Shown: positions 51,489-63,900, counted from the first letter of the whole stretch. The stretch: 63,977 nucleotides of DNA, filler included, from Octopus bimaculoides (GCF_001194135.2; 6 parts of 6 records of this genome joined end to end with filler, not necessarily neighbours in it), one strand, 5' to 3'. Program-made: numbers and translations. Notes: a model not told the origin generated them from the letters alone.

Positions 51489-52050
51489 AAATGAAATTTC
51501 CTTTTAGCTTCTGCTTCCCCAATTTAACTCCCTCATTCCCCACCCACACACCCCTTCGTTTGAGCCCCACAACTAATACTAACAAGCAGAGCATTGTGTT
51601 TAAACGTATTTTCTATGTAAGAGGGTGTTTTTTTTTCATTTGTTTTTCCACATGCTGCTCAACCAAACATTGTACATACATGTTATTATTATCAGAGAAT
51701 TTATATATACACGACAGGAGGATTTAATTAAACCTGATTCATACATTCCTTATTAACATTGTAATTAGAGCAAGGAAGTCAGAGGAATATTTTTCACAAT
51801 AGGAAAACAAAAACAAATAATAAACAAGTAAAAAAAAAAAGTGGTTGGCACAGGAAGTTAAATGGAAGTGTGTTAGAGTCTTGCTATTGTTGTTTTAGCC
51901 CTAGGTCGGTCCTGCTAGGTCTAGCAGATGTGTGATTGTTTGGCTGGCTATAACCAATCCATTTATTTATTATGCAGACATAGTGTAATTGCACAGCATT
52001 TTTTTCTAATGTGTTGCCTGTGTGTATATATATATTTATATACACACACA

Positions 52051-52824
52051 CAGGGTGCGGTGAATAAACTGTAGTCTAAATTACACAAAATTGAAAATAA
52101 TACTGATGTCTCATTTTAATAGATATATTTACCAAAATTACATAGAAATATCTTGAAATACTAAAGAGTAAATTTATTCAATAAAATCGCCATTGGCTTC
52201 AACCACAGCCTCCAGACGACTTCGGAATCTCCTGCAACATTTCTGGATGGTCTCCTTGATTCAGTTGGTGAATGCTGCCATAATCCTTGCTTTCAGTTCA
52301 TCTTTGGTGTTACAAGGAGTTTTGTTGGTCTCTCGCTCAACTGCGTCCCACACATAATAATCAAGGGGGTTGCGGTCTGGGGAGCTAGGTGGCCAGATGT
52401 TAGGGGTGGTGTGGTTTCAGAAGTTATTCTGACAGCCNNNNNNNNNNNNNNNNNNNNNNNNNNNNNNNNNNNNNNNNNNNNNNNNNNNNNNNNNNNNNNN
52501 NNNNNNNNNNNNNNNNNNNNNNNNNNNNNNNNNNNNNNNNNNNNNNNNNNNNNNNNNNNNNNNNNNNNNNNNNNNNNNNNNNNNNNNNNNNNNNNNNNNN
52601 NNNNNNNNNNNNNNNNNNNNNNNNNNNNNNNNNNNNNNNNNNNNNNNNNNNNNNNNNNNNNNNNNNNNNNNNNNNNNNNNNNNNNNNNNNNNNNNNNNNN
52701 NNNNNNNNNNNNNNNNNNNNNNNNNNNNNNNNNNNNTACTATACTGTGTAGTTGACAAAATCAAAAACAAACAATGCGTGAAATTAAAAATATAAAATGG
52801 CAACAATTTACCCATTGCACCCTG
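52051..52824 (-). mobile_element. Tc1/mariner superfamily element, maT (DD37D)-like, with stop codons and a central N-gap
   Basis: 52174-52437 reads NIWPPSSPDRNPLDYYVW...RRFRSRLEAVVEANGDFIE*; imperfect TIRs CAGGGTGCGGTGAATAAACTG (52051) and the reverse complement CAGGGTGCAATGGGTAAATTG (52824); TA at 52825. Confidence 0.82.
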
Positions 52825-52836
52825 TATGTATGTATG

Positions 52837-52877
<41 letters not shown>

Positions 52878-53332
52878 TGCCTTTCATCCTTTTGGGGTCG
52901 ATAAATCAGTGCCAGTGAAATTCTGGGGTTGATGTACTTGACTCCCCCAAAATTTCAGGCCTTGTGCCTATAATAGAAAGGATTCTTCTTCTTATTATTA
53001 TCATTAAGGTGGTGAGCTGGCAGAAACATTAGCACACCGAGCGAATTGCCTAGCAGCGTTTTGTCTGTCTTTACATTCTGAGTTCAAATTCCACCAAGGT
53101 CAGTTTTGCCATGCAGCTGGATTGAACCTGAAACCACCGATTTACAAAGCAAACCTCTTCATCGCACAGTCATAGCTGGACATGCTGAAATATGTCATGC
53201 ATGGAGTATTAAAGCATGAATTAGAAATACATCCGCAGTGAGACAGATAGGCAGGTTGGTAATTAGAAACATGGTTGTGTAGGTAGGAATGCAGGTAGGT
53301 GGACACATACCTGTGCAGGTGGAAGAATGGCA

Positions 53333-53360
53333 AGGGTTAGGGTTAGGGTTAGGGTTAGGG
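53333..53360 (+). repeat. Short interstitial telomere-type repeat AGGG(TTAGGG)4
   Basis: Direct reading. Confidence 0.8.
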
Positions 53361-54590
53361 TCTTTTAAAACTCCTTGTAGCAAATATGCTAACTCCACTT
53401 ATATATTTTTTGTGAGACAAATAGATAAATAACCAGTTAGATAGATAGATGGATGGATGGAAAGATAACGAGGTAAGTTAAGTTAATATTAACATAGAAG
53501 GCAGTGAGCTGGTAATCGTTAGCACGCCAGGTGAAATGCTTGGTGATATTTCGTCTGTCTTTATGTTCTGAGTGAACGGGAAACAAGAACGAATTTATCT
53601 CACAGCCCTATATGTATAATGAGATTTTAATTTTAAGTATTTCAGACAGAATAGACTATTGTCCATACCGTCATTAATATTTTAACAGCTGCTATCTTTG
53701 ACTTCGAATTTAATAGGAGTCTGAGATCGACGGATCTACAATATTTCACTGAAGAAAGGCAGCGAGCTGGTAGAAACGTTAGCAACCCTTAGCGGTATTT
53801 CGTCTGTCTTTAAGTTCTGAGTTCTAATTCCGATGAGGTTGACTTTGCCTTTCATCCTTTCGGGGGGTCGATAAATCAAAGACCAGTGAAACACTGGGGT
53901 CGATCTAATCAACTGGCCCCACCTCCTCAAAATTTCAGGCCTTGTTCCTATCGTAGAAAAGAATATTAACATAGACATGAAAATATTAAAAATTTAGCTA
54001 GAAATAAGTGTTCAGTCTTCAGATTATGCTATCAAATGTGAAGGCGTGCGAGTTCGTTTTCTGTCTTTGTTTCTCATTGTGTTTAACGTTTTTTTTTTTT
54101 TTATGTCCTGTACCCATTTTTTAAATTCAGAATATGGTCAGCTGCTTGTATATGTTGTGTTGAATGGATTTAAGAGCGGAAGCGGGTGTCAAGAATCCTA
54201 TTGAGTTGAATGGCAAATTCCTTTTCTATGAAGAATGTAATCAGCTATATATTGTGTTAAATGGATTTTAAGAATGGTCAACAATTTCATAGAAAGGGTT
54301 TGGAAGGAACTATTTTTCGTCTGCTTTGTGGTATGTGTGTACGTGCATGTGTTGTTTTGAAGAGGGGGTTATTTTTTTGTTGAATTGAATAGTAAAATTC
54401 TTTGAGTGTGTGTGAACTATAGACTCTTATTTATGGTTTAATGATGGAGGTTTCCATACTAAGTTGTGGTTTGTGTTTGTTAATGAATTTTTTTTTCCTT
54501 ATTCTCTGTAATTCACATATACGTACCCACACAACTATACATGTTCACATCCGTACACTCATATATATATCCATGTATTTCTTTACTCCA

Positions 54591-54660
54591 ACTAATCGCT
54601 TTCTCCTACTAATCGTTCTCTCCTACTAATCGCTCTATCTCTTTCTTTCTCTCCCAACAG
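54591..54660 (+). promoter_or_regulatory. 3' splice acceptor region with triplicated branch-point-like motif
   Basis: ACTAATCG at 54591, 54608 and 54625 (17-bp period), then ctctatctctttctttctctcccaacag directly before the exon. Confidence 0.65.
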
Positions 54661-55235
54661 ATCCTAATCCGTGACATCATGGACCTAAAACTTGACAACA
54701 GCACTCTGAACTTCCACTGGTCAGAGAAAGAGGTGTACTGGGCAAGCTTCAGCCACAAATCAAAGCTGGAGACAGACGAGCATCTTTTCTACAAGGGCTT
54801 CCTCAACGGCAAGGGCGCGCGCCAAGGTGAGCGTTGCCTGGTGCGCGTGAAGAAGGACGCATGTGGCGAACAAAGTTATTGGAGGAGTTATTTCGACATC
54901 CTTAGTCTTGAGCAACAGATCACCGACCTCTTTAACAAGTCTGTGCTCAACGATGACTACCTGGTGGTCATCCGGCCCCACCTTGCTCAGATCGACAGCG
55001 TATCGAGTCTGAACCGAATGTGCGCACGCAACGGGCCGAAAGAATTTGGCCAAGAGGAATTTGTGGTTGTCGAGGAATTTCAGTCGGAAGACGGAGGCGG
55101 TGCAGGCTGGCAGCGGTTCTCCGACATGGTCGGCACCTGCTCCGGCAGCGGTGGCGCCGGCGCCGGCATCGACAACAACAATCCCGCAGCTCCCAGCAGC
55201 CGCCTTCTCTCCATTCTCGACGCCCTTTCCCACTT
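54661..55235 (+). CDS. Coding exon of an alpha-kinase-like (eEF2K/vwkA-type fold) protein, probably catalytically impaired; 3' end lost in N-gap 55236-55578
   Basis: GC/CpG-rich open frame in AT-rich DNA. Polypyrimidine tract and CAG acceptor end at 54660; ATG 54679 has a strong Kozak context (atcATGg). Motifs in alpha-kinase order: YKGFLNGKGARQGERCLVRVKK, LFNK, VVEEF, QRFSDMVG, DALSH(F/L). Confidence 0.78.
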
Positions 55236-56164
55236 NNNNNNNNNNNNNNNNNNNNNNNNNNNNNNNNNNNNNNNNNNNNNNNNNNNNNNNNNNNNNNNNN
55301 NNNNNNNNNNNNNNNNNNNNNNNNNNNNNNNNNNNNNNNNNNNNNNNNNNNNNNNNNNNNNNNNNNNNNNNNNNNNNNNNNNNNNNNNNNNNNNNNNNNN
55401 NNNNNNNNNNNNNNNNNNNNNNNNNNNNNNNNNNNNNNNNNNNNNNNNNNNNNNNNNNNNNNNNNNNNNNNNNNNNNNNNNNNNNNNNNNNNNNNNNNNN
55501 NNNNNNNNNNNNNNNNNNNNNNNNNNNNNNNNNNNNNNNNNNNNNNNNNNNNNNNNNNNNNNNNNNNNNNNNNNNNNNATCCAATTGAAAAACTTCCTTA
55601 ATTTTCTCGTTCTTTGGGTTTCTTTTTATTTTAATTTCCTATTTTAAAAAAAACAGTTTGTTATTTTTCTTAATTCTATTTTTATTTTCATTATAAATGC
55701 TTTTTTTTTTTTTTATTTCCAAACTTTTTTTTTGCATTTTAACGAACAAATATGCGTTTAAAAAATTTTTTAAAAAGTTTATTTACTTTCGAAATGTTAG
55801 TCAGCGTGTGTGCGAATAGACATGAATGTGCGTGTGTTAATAGGTGTTTTTGTGTGTATGTATTTATGTATGAATGCTTGAATGTGAGTGTATGTGTATA
55901 TAGATAGATGTATGTGTGGATGCATGTATGCTAGTGCATGTGTCTGTATGTATTTATATATGGATGCTTGTGTGCTTGAGCATGTGGGTGTATATACAGA
56001 TGTGGTGTGTGTGAATCTATTTGTTTACATGCTTCTGTGCGTGTATGTGTGCGTGTATGTGTGCGTGTATGTAAGTATTCATGTGTGAAGGTGTGTGCTT
56101 ACGCATGTGCGTATGGGCTTATGTTTCAGTGTATGTATGCAGCATTTGTTACCTTTACACCTCT

Positions 56165-56605
56165 AACACAAGTTGCTAGAAATGGCAGCCAAATCTCAAT
56201 TCAATTGCACCTTACTGTCTTGTCTTGGATAATGTAGTTATAACCACATTCCTTATGTCTTGAACAACAGCAAGACAGGATGGTCATGGCTGGGATGTCT
56301 TTAATCACAGGTATGCTGGGGCTGAACAGCAGCCACATCAGCAACACCATAAGTCAACATAGAAGTCTTTATGTTGCTCAGCCTGCTAGAAATAGCAACC
56401 AGGTGTCCCTTAAATCAAACTGTACTGTCTTAAAAAGGGAAGGATAATCTAGCAATAGATAACACTGATTAAAAGACATGATGGTCATGGCTGGGATGTC
56501 TTTGATCATTGGTCTGCTGGACTGAGACCAGAGAGAGAGTGAGTATCTATGTGGTTGCAAAGCATGCTAAAAATAGCAGCCAAATCTTCCTGCAATCACA
56601 CCCAA
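56165..56605 (+). repeat. Three tandem partial copies of an old dispersed repeat (family D, core GCTAGAAATAGCAGCCAAAT)
   Basis: Core at about 56168, 56386 and 56568; GATGGTCATGGCTGGGATGTCTTT twice; the core recurs at 10 or more other sites on both strands. Confidence 0.65.
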
Positions 56606-56611
56606 GTGTCT

Positions 56612-56922
56612 CAGCTTGCTTACCAACCACATGGTTCCGGGTTCAGTCCCACTGCGTGGCACTTTGGGCAAGTGTCTTCTACTATAGCCTCGGGCCGACC
56701 AAAGCCTTGTGAGTGGATTTGGTAGACGGAAACTGAAAGAAGCCCGTCGTATATATGTATATATATATATATATATGTATGTGTGTTTGTGTGTCTGTGT
56801 TTGTCCCCCCACCATCGCTTGACAACCGATGCTGGTGTGTTTACGTCCCCCGTAACTTAGTGGTTTGGCAAAAAGAGACCGATAGAATAAGCACTAGGCT
56901 TACAAAGAATAAGTCCTGGGGT
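56612..56922 (+). mobile_element. SINE family A, well preserved, runs into a gap
   Basis: GCTTGCTTACCAACCACATGGTTCCGGGTTCAGTCCCACTGCGTGG...GAATAAGTCCTGGGGT. Confidence 0.88.
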
Positions 56923-57476
56923 NNNNNNNNNNNNNNNNNNNNNNNNNNNNNNNNNNNNNNNNNNNNNNNNNNNNNNNNNNNNNNNNNNNNNNNNNNNNNN
57001 NNNNNNNNNNNNNNNNNNNNNNNNNNNNNNNNNNNNNNNNNNNNNNNNNNNNNNNNNNNNNNNNNNNNNNNNNNNNNNNNNNNNNNNNNNNNNNNNNNNN
57101 NNNNNNNNNNNNNNNNNNNNNNNNNNNNNNNNNNNNNNNNNNNNNNNNNNNNNNNNNNNNNNNNNNNNNNNNNNNNNNNNNNNNNNNNNNNNNNNNNNNN
57201 NNNNNNNNNNNNNNNNNNNNNNNNNNNNNNNNNNNNNNNNNNNNNNNNNNNNNNNNNNNNNNNNNNNNNNNNNNNNNNNNNNNNNNNNNNNNNNNNNNNN
57301 NNNNNNNNNNNNNNNNNNNNNNTGTAATCGACTTAATCCCTTTGTCTGTCCTTGTTTGTCCCCTCTATGTTTAGCCCCTTGTGGGAAATAAAGAAATAAG
57401 ATATGTTCAACCCTTCATCACTCAGATTATTCTATCAAATGTAATTTTTAGTTCTTCACATTGTTTTCAATCAATC

Positions 57477-57521
<45 letters not shown>

Positions 57522-58315
57522 CTTGTAGCTTCGAGATTTCGATGATGCGTTTGTTTCATTTTAGGATAACATTACAGGGTACTTGTGAGAGGCCTGGTCT
57601 GGTTAGTTTGAACATGAAACAGGTAGAATATTTGGTCCCCAGATATATATATATATATAAACACGACAGGCTTCTTTTAGTTTCCGTCTACCAAGTCCAC
57701 TCACAAGGCTTTGGTCAGCCTGAGGCTATAAAAGACACTTGCCCAAGGTGCCACGCAGTGGGTCTGAACCCAGAACCATGTGGTTGGTAAGCAAGCTACT
57801 TACCACACTTGCACACACACACACGTATATATGGCTTAGTGGTTAGGGTGTTACGATTGCGTTCTTGAGCAAAGCACTTCATTTCACATTACTCTGCGAT
57901 CATTTTGACATGTTGCACCTGTACAGGTAATGTCGATGTGACGAAGGGAGTGAGCTTGTGGTCGAACCCTCATACATCGTCCAACGACAGCGGGAGTCCA
58001 TCATATATATATATAAAATCATCGTCATCTTACCAAGAAGCAATTATGCAATCTCTACCTGGTCATGCTAGAAATAGCAGCACCTTTTTTTCTTGTTAAT
58101 ATCCAAGCAAATCAAATTTACTTTCATCTCCTCCACAAATGTGTCTTCATTATTTTTTCTCCAAGAGGTGTAAAAATTAAAACTTGCATATACATCTTTT
58201 CTTTTTATTCTTTCCATTTTTGTCCATTTTGTGTTGTATTGAACGAAATCTTCAATGCCTTGACTGAGTTTTTTTACCATTTGGTTGTTATTATTATTAT
58301 TATTATCATTATTGG

Positions 58316-58349
<34 letters not shown>

Positions 58350-58680
58350 NNNNNNNNNNNNNNNNNNNNNNNNNNNNNNNNNNNNNNNNNNNNTTAATTA
58401 ATTAANNNNNNNNNNNNNNNNNNNNNNNNNNNNNNNNNNNNNNNNNNNNTAGTAGTAGTAGTAGTAGTAGTCGTAGTAGTAGTAGTAGTAGTAGTAGAAT
58501 TCTATTAAGAAAAATATTTGAAAGGATTAACGATTTTAAAAAATAAATAACCATAGCAGTATGGTGTTAATGCAATGATTTTCATTAATAACAGAAAGTC
58601 TATATTGTACATAGGCTGTTCTGTCGATATATATCAAATATATAGAAACCAAATATGATATATATATATATATATATAAA

Positions 58681-58712
<32 letters not shown>

Positions 58713-59599
58713 GTGTGTGTGTGTGCGTGCCTGCATCCGTGCGTGTATGTATTTGAGTATGCATATATGTATACAACACACACATGCACACACATGCACG
58801 CGCGCGCGCGCGTATGTGCTAGTATATGTGTGTATAAAGAGCGAAAGATATGTTTGTGCTTATACTACCAATGATAAACAATATTTTAATATTTATCAAC
58901 TTATGCAGACTACGCAAATGGTCAACATTCAGCGCTTTCAGTTATTATCCTATGCAAATTCTTTTATTCATACCATAAGAAATGCATATTATATAATAAA
59001 AACAATTCTATAACATAGTTTAAAACAAACATTTTAAGACTTTTTGAACTCGGAATAATATAGGTAATGAAATAGTAACGATGTGTGACGTCACACATGT
59101 TTTGACCAATCAGAACACCGACATCTGCGGTAGCTAGGAAAATTGACTTGGCATTTAATATTAATGGTTATTCCATACTAGGCTTTTGTTCTTAAAATAT
59201 GACTTGTAATATTAATTTTTTCATAAATAAATTAATGCAAAATACATTTTGACTGAAAAAACAATAATTAGTGTAATATATTCTTATATAGTGTTATATG
59301 TACAGTTTAATCATGTATTCGCTAAATTATCCCTGTGTATTCTCCCGGACACCGAGTCAACATCCTTTTTTTTCCCTCAAAATTTATTCGGATTGAAGTC
59401 GATAGGTGATATTCTTTCTTAATCTAGACTTATTTTGCTAGCATAAACCTCCAAACTAAACGCATTAACTCTTTGTTTCTTTTAAAAATCTTAATCTATA
59501 CACTGACACACAAACACTTATCAACACACATAAACGCACACATGAACGTAATTAAACAGTACCATATGTATGTAGAAAAGAATTTAAATATAAATGTAC

Positions 59600-60488
59600 A
59601 CATATGTACATGTCTTTCAGCAAATACCCACGTAGATGCACACACGTGTGCGCACACGCACAATTGTATGTTATGTGTATATGTATAGGTACAAGCGAGT
59701 GTGTGAGTCTATACATTCACACACGTACACGCATATATGTACGTATGTAATATGTATTTGTTTATGTGCAAGCATATATGTGTATATATATTCAGATACA
59801 AGCGTAAATACGCACACATATACAGATATAGATGTATGGGTGCATAAATACGTGTATTCGTATATGTGTATACACAGACACATACATACATACATACACA
59901 CACACATACATACATACATACATGCATACATACACATGTGTGTATGTATGTAGGTAGGTTGGTAGGTAGCTATTAATGCGCGGTATATGTATGTGTGTAT
60001 ATATCTGCATATACATATCCATGCGAATATGTATGCACACAGAGAGGCAGACAGATAGTCAGACAGAGAGATAGTCAAACAGATGAACAGAAGTAGAAAG
60101 ATAGATATACATACATACATACATACATACATACGTACGTACGTACGTATGTATGTATGTATGTATGTATGTATGTATGTATAAAGTTCATAATGCGCGG
60201 TATCTGTATGTGTGTGTTGTGTATGTGCATGGCATATGTACATACAGTTACATAAATACATACATACATACATACATACATACATGCATAATACATACAT
60301 ACATANNNNNNNNNNNNNNNNNNNNNNNNNNNNNNNNNNNNNNNNNNNNTTAATTAATTAANNNNNNNNNNNNNNNNNNNNNNNNNNNNNNNNNNNNNNN
60401 NNNNNTATATATATATGTATATATATATATATATATTCTTTAATTCTTGTATATGCTTCAGCCCTGAGGTTGTGGCCGTGCTGAAGCA

Positions 60489-60519
<31 letters not shown>

Positions 60520-60685
60520 GTGTGTGTGGTGTATGTGTGCGTGTGTGCGTGAATATGTATGTATGGACGGATGTGTGTATATATAGAATATATAATGTAT
60601 GTACGTATGTATGTATGTATACGCACACATACATAAATATACATAAACCTATAAACATGTTAGAGTATATGCATGTGTGCGAGCA

Positions 60686-60734
<49 letters not shown>

Positions 60735-60735
60735 C
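59600..60735. repeat. Compound (TACA)n/(TATG)n/(GT)n low-complexity block
   Basis: Direct reading. Confidence 0.9.
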
Positions 60736-61205
60736 AATACAACATTTCTAACGGTGGAACGCCTAGAATATAAACATCATAAANNNNNNNNNNNNNNNNN
60801 NNNNNNNNNNNNNNNNNNNNNNNNNNNNNNNNNNNNNNNNNNNNNNNNNNNNNNNNNNNNNNNNNNNNNNNNNNNNNNNNNNNNNNNNNNGAGAGAGAGA
60901 GAGAGAGAGAATCGGCGTTAGGGTCAAAGAGAGACCAAGCGCTCTCTTCCAGCTTTGTCGTTCGGCTAATAAGGTCCTGCTGACAGAAGAGACCCGTTTA
61001 TTCGGGACAAACACGCCGCAGTCACACACTTTCTGGTCAATTTAATGAAGTGGATCACATCCTTATCCAACTTGCCTTTCATGTTTTTGATGTCGATAAA
61101 ATAAGGTACTAGTCAAGTACTGCTACCTTATGTAATCAACTAATCTTTTCCCTCTGAAAAAATTCTGATAGCCTCGGGTCGGGTCAACATTTGAAACAGT
61201 TTTGA

Positions 61206-61254
<49 letters not shown>

Positions 61255-61929
61255 TGTCCCAGGTTAACAAATGTTGCGTGAGAATATCTTGGAATCTTTA
61301 CAGCTCATAGTATTGTTATATTCTGAAGCATGCCTATGTCTACCTTAGAGGTAATTTATAGAACTTCTTAGCTTTTCAGCTTGCTTATGCACAACGGCCA
61401 TTTTCTATTGTTATTGTCAATAATTAAAACACTTTTGTCATTTTTTTTTAGAGGATAAATTTAAGTTTGCTATGTACGGTCGAGTAGTCGAGCTGTTTGT
61501 TAAAATTCCTGAGTATTTTCCCCAAGACATATTCCAAGACACTCGATGTACCGGAGAGATGTCTTCTTTTTTTTTATCTTTTGCAGCAGTTGAAATCTGA
61601 AGAGCAATCGTACATAGAAGAGCCTTACTACGTTATCTTGTCGCGAAGTAAATGTCGTCGCCGCTTCGAGGGGCGCCCTGATATATTATGTGGCATTATC
61701 CATAGGAAATGCTCTACTCAGGAGACATTCGTAGGAATGAATCTGAAATATCAATTTTATTCTACTGGCCACAGCCTTTCCTGTCTCGCAAACGTTGATG
61801 CTTCGTTTGCCCTTCACGGTGGTGGTGGTGGTGGTATTGCTTTTTTTTTTGTACAAGCTGTTCTAAGTCTCACCCAGAGACCTCAAGTAACAGCAAGTTG
61901 GACGTTTTACTATGGGTGTTATTTATGAT

Positions 61930-62378
61930 TAGCAATGATGTATTGTAGGGGGAGGAGACTAGAATCTGAGAAGTAAGATTCTGTTAATTGTGCAACATTT
62001 CAGTTTTGAAGGTTTTAAGAGAATCCATTATTTTCAAGTTGACAATGTTTGTCTCAGTCTATGGCCAGTACTCACGAGAACCATTTTTCGTAGTTCTGGT
62101 ACTTCTGAGTCTCCTGGTGTTTGGTCATAATGTTTAAGCTCACCATTTGCAATTGTTCCCAAAGTTTCGATGATCCCAAGTAAAGTTGTTCTTATATACT
62201 ATATTTTAAAGACCTCTATTTCAAGGTCCTTATATTTATTTAACTTACCGAGTGCTTTTACCGAAACGCTGCAGTCTGCTAGGATTGACATATCTGTGAG
62301 TAGAGATGGTTTGTTGGTGTTCAAATAGGAATCCAAATCTACGGAATAGGATCCACTTCAAAAGCTGAACAAGTCTAT
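61930..62378 (-). mobile_element. Older degraded 3' fragment of an R4/Dong-like RLE non-LTR element
   Basis: LLTDMSILADCSVSVKALGKLNKYKDLEIEVFKI*...QTPG...LVSTGHRLRQTLST* (stop 62034-62036) aligns by eye to the 13.7-14.4 kb copy; 5' end abuts the (ATT)n tract at about 62380-62485. The 3' boundary is approximate. Confidence 0.75.
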
Positions 62379-62411
62379 CATTGTTATTGTTATTATAATT
62401 AATGTTATTAA

Positions 62412-62486
<75 letters not shown>

Positions 62487-62799
62487 ATTTAACTTAACAT
62501 CCGTTTCACAGAACCAAGGCGCAGCGACGCGGTGGTGTAGCGACGCGAAAAGCGCGGCCGAAGAGCGGTCAACAATATGTGGCCTTACCGCCGATTCTAG
62601 TGCAGAGGCCAGCGGTCAGGAAAAACAACCGGAGGATGACCGGTTGGCTGTCAGACTCGGACCTCAACGCCCAACGTCCGAGCGTGGAGGAGACGGTNNN
62701 NNNNNNNNNNNNNNNNNNNNNNNNNNNNNNNNNNNNNNNNNTTAATTAATTAANNNNNNNNNNNNNNNNNNNNNNNNNNNNNNNNNNNNNNNNNNNNTA

Positions 62800-63054
62800 T
62801 TGGCTTGGTGCATAATTATTGCGGCTTTTTTCGACAAATTTATTCAACTTAAACAATAACAATATGTAACAAAAACATCTTTAAATAATTATTCCGGAGC
62901 ATATTCACCATCTTCTTCAATTACTGTTTCCCATTTGCTTGGCAGACTGTCGGACAGTCATTTAATGATGTTTTTTATTTTATAGTGTTATTGCTTTGGT
63001 TGAACAAAATTTGTTGAAAAAAACAAAAAGCCGCAATAATTATGCACCAACCCA
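62800..63054 (-). mobile_element. Internally deleted mariner (Hsmar1/MADE1-like TIRs), 255 bp
   Basis: About 30-bp TIRs TTGG(C/G)TTGGTGCATAATTATTGCGGCTTTTT, TA at both ends (62798-62799, 63055-63056); retains DSLPSKWETVIEEDGEYAPE*. Confidence 0.88.
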
Positions 63055-63777
63055 ATATATATATTAAAAACGTAAAATTGAAACAGAACACAAAGGATTC
63101 CGCGGTACACGTGTTTCAAGCTTTATACACAAACAGTCGTTGTTCTTTCACCTCGGCCACTATCTGGCATATACAGGTGCTTACAATTATCAAGTAGTAC
63201 CTCTAAAATTTGCTATATGTATGTATGTATGTGTGTGTGTATGTATGTATGTATGTATGTATGTATGTATGTATGTATATAAGGCATTCGTTGCAACGAA
63301 TGTAAAACAGAAAAACTTGATGAAATATATGAAAAAGATGTAAAATATTAAAACAATTAACGAAAAATGTCTACAATAAAACTGTAATTGATAAATATAA
63401 ATTGTTATTAAAACAGAACACGCGGGTGAAATAAATCTCGTGGTGTGAAGAATCAACACAACACAACACAACGTGCGGGTGAAGTGAAACAAAACAACGT
63501 CCGGTTGTCATGGTAACAAGCTGTTAATGCCTCGCTGTCTGTTGATTGGCTAAAATTACCCAAATTTTCCAAACTTTAATTCCAAATAACATCAGATTCT
63601 TTGATTTACGAGTATAAAGTAATTGATTGATCGTAATCAAAAATCAGAGTTGCATCGATACACCAAAGCTGAAAGCAATCTGAGCAAAATTAAGGGGTGA
63701 AGAGGCTGATCTTGTGAATCAATTTTAACTAGGTCCATGATAGTTGGTCCATCATTGTCAATAACAGCGAGGCATGG

Positions 63778-63812
63778 AAGAAGAAGAAGAAGAAGAAGAA
63801 GAAGAAGAAGAA

Positions 63813-63843
<31 letters not shown>

Positions 63844-63900
63844 GAGGAGGAGGGGGACGACGACAACAAGGATCAGCATCAACAAAGACAATAACAACAA
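63778..63900. repeat. (AAG)n/(GGA)n/(CAA)n tract
   Basis: Direct reading. Confidence 0.95.

Noticed and set aside
63057-63640. Possible non-autonomous Helitron/Helentron
   Set aside because: Only an ATATATTAAAA start resemblance; no 3' hairpin or CTAG end found.
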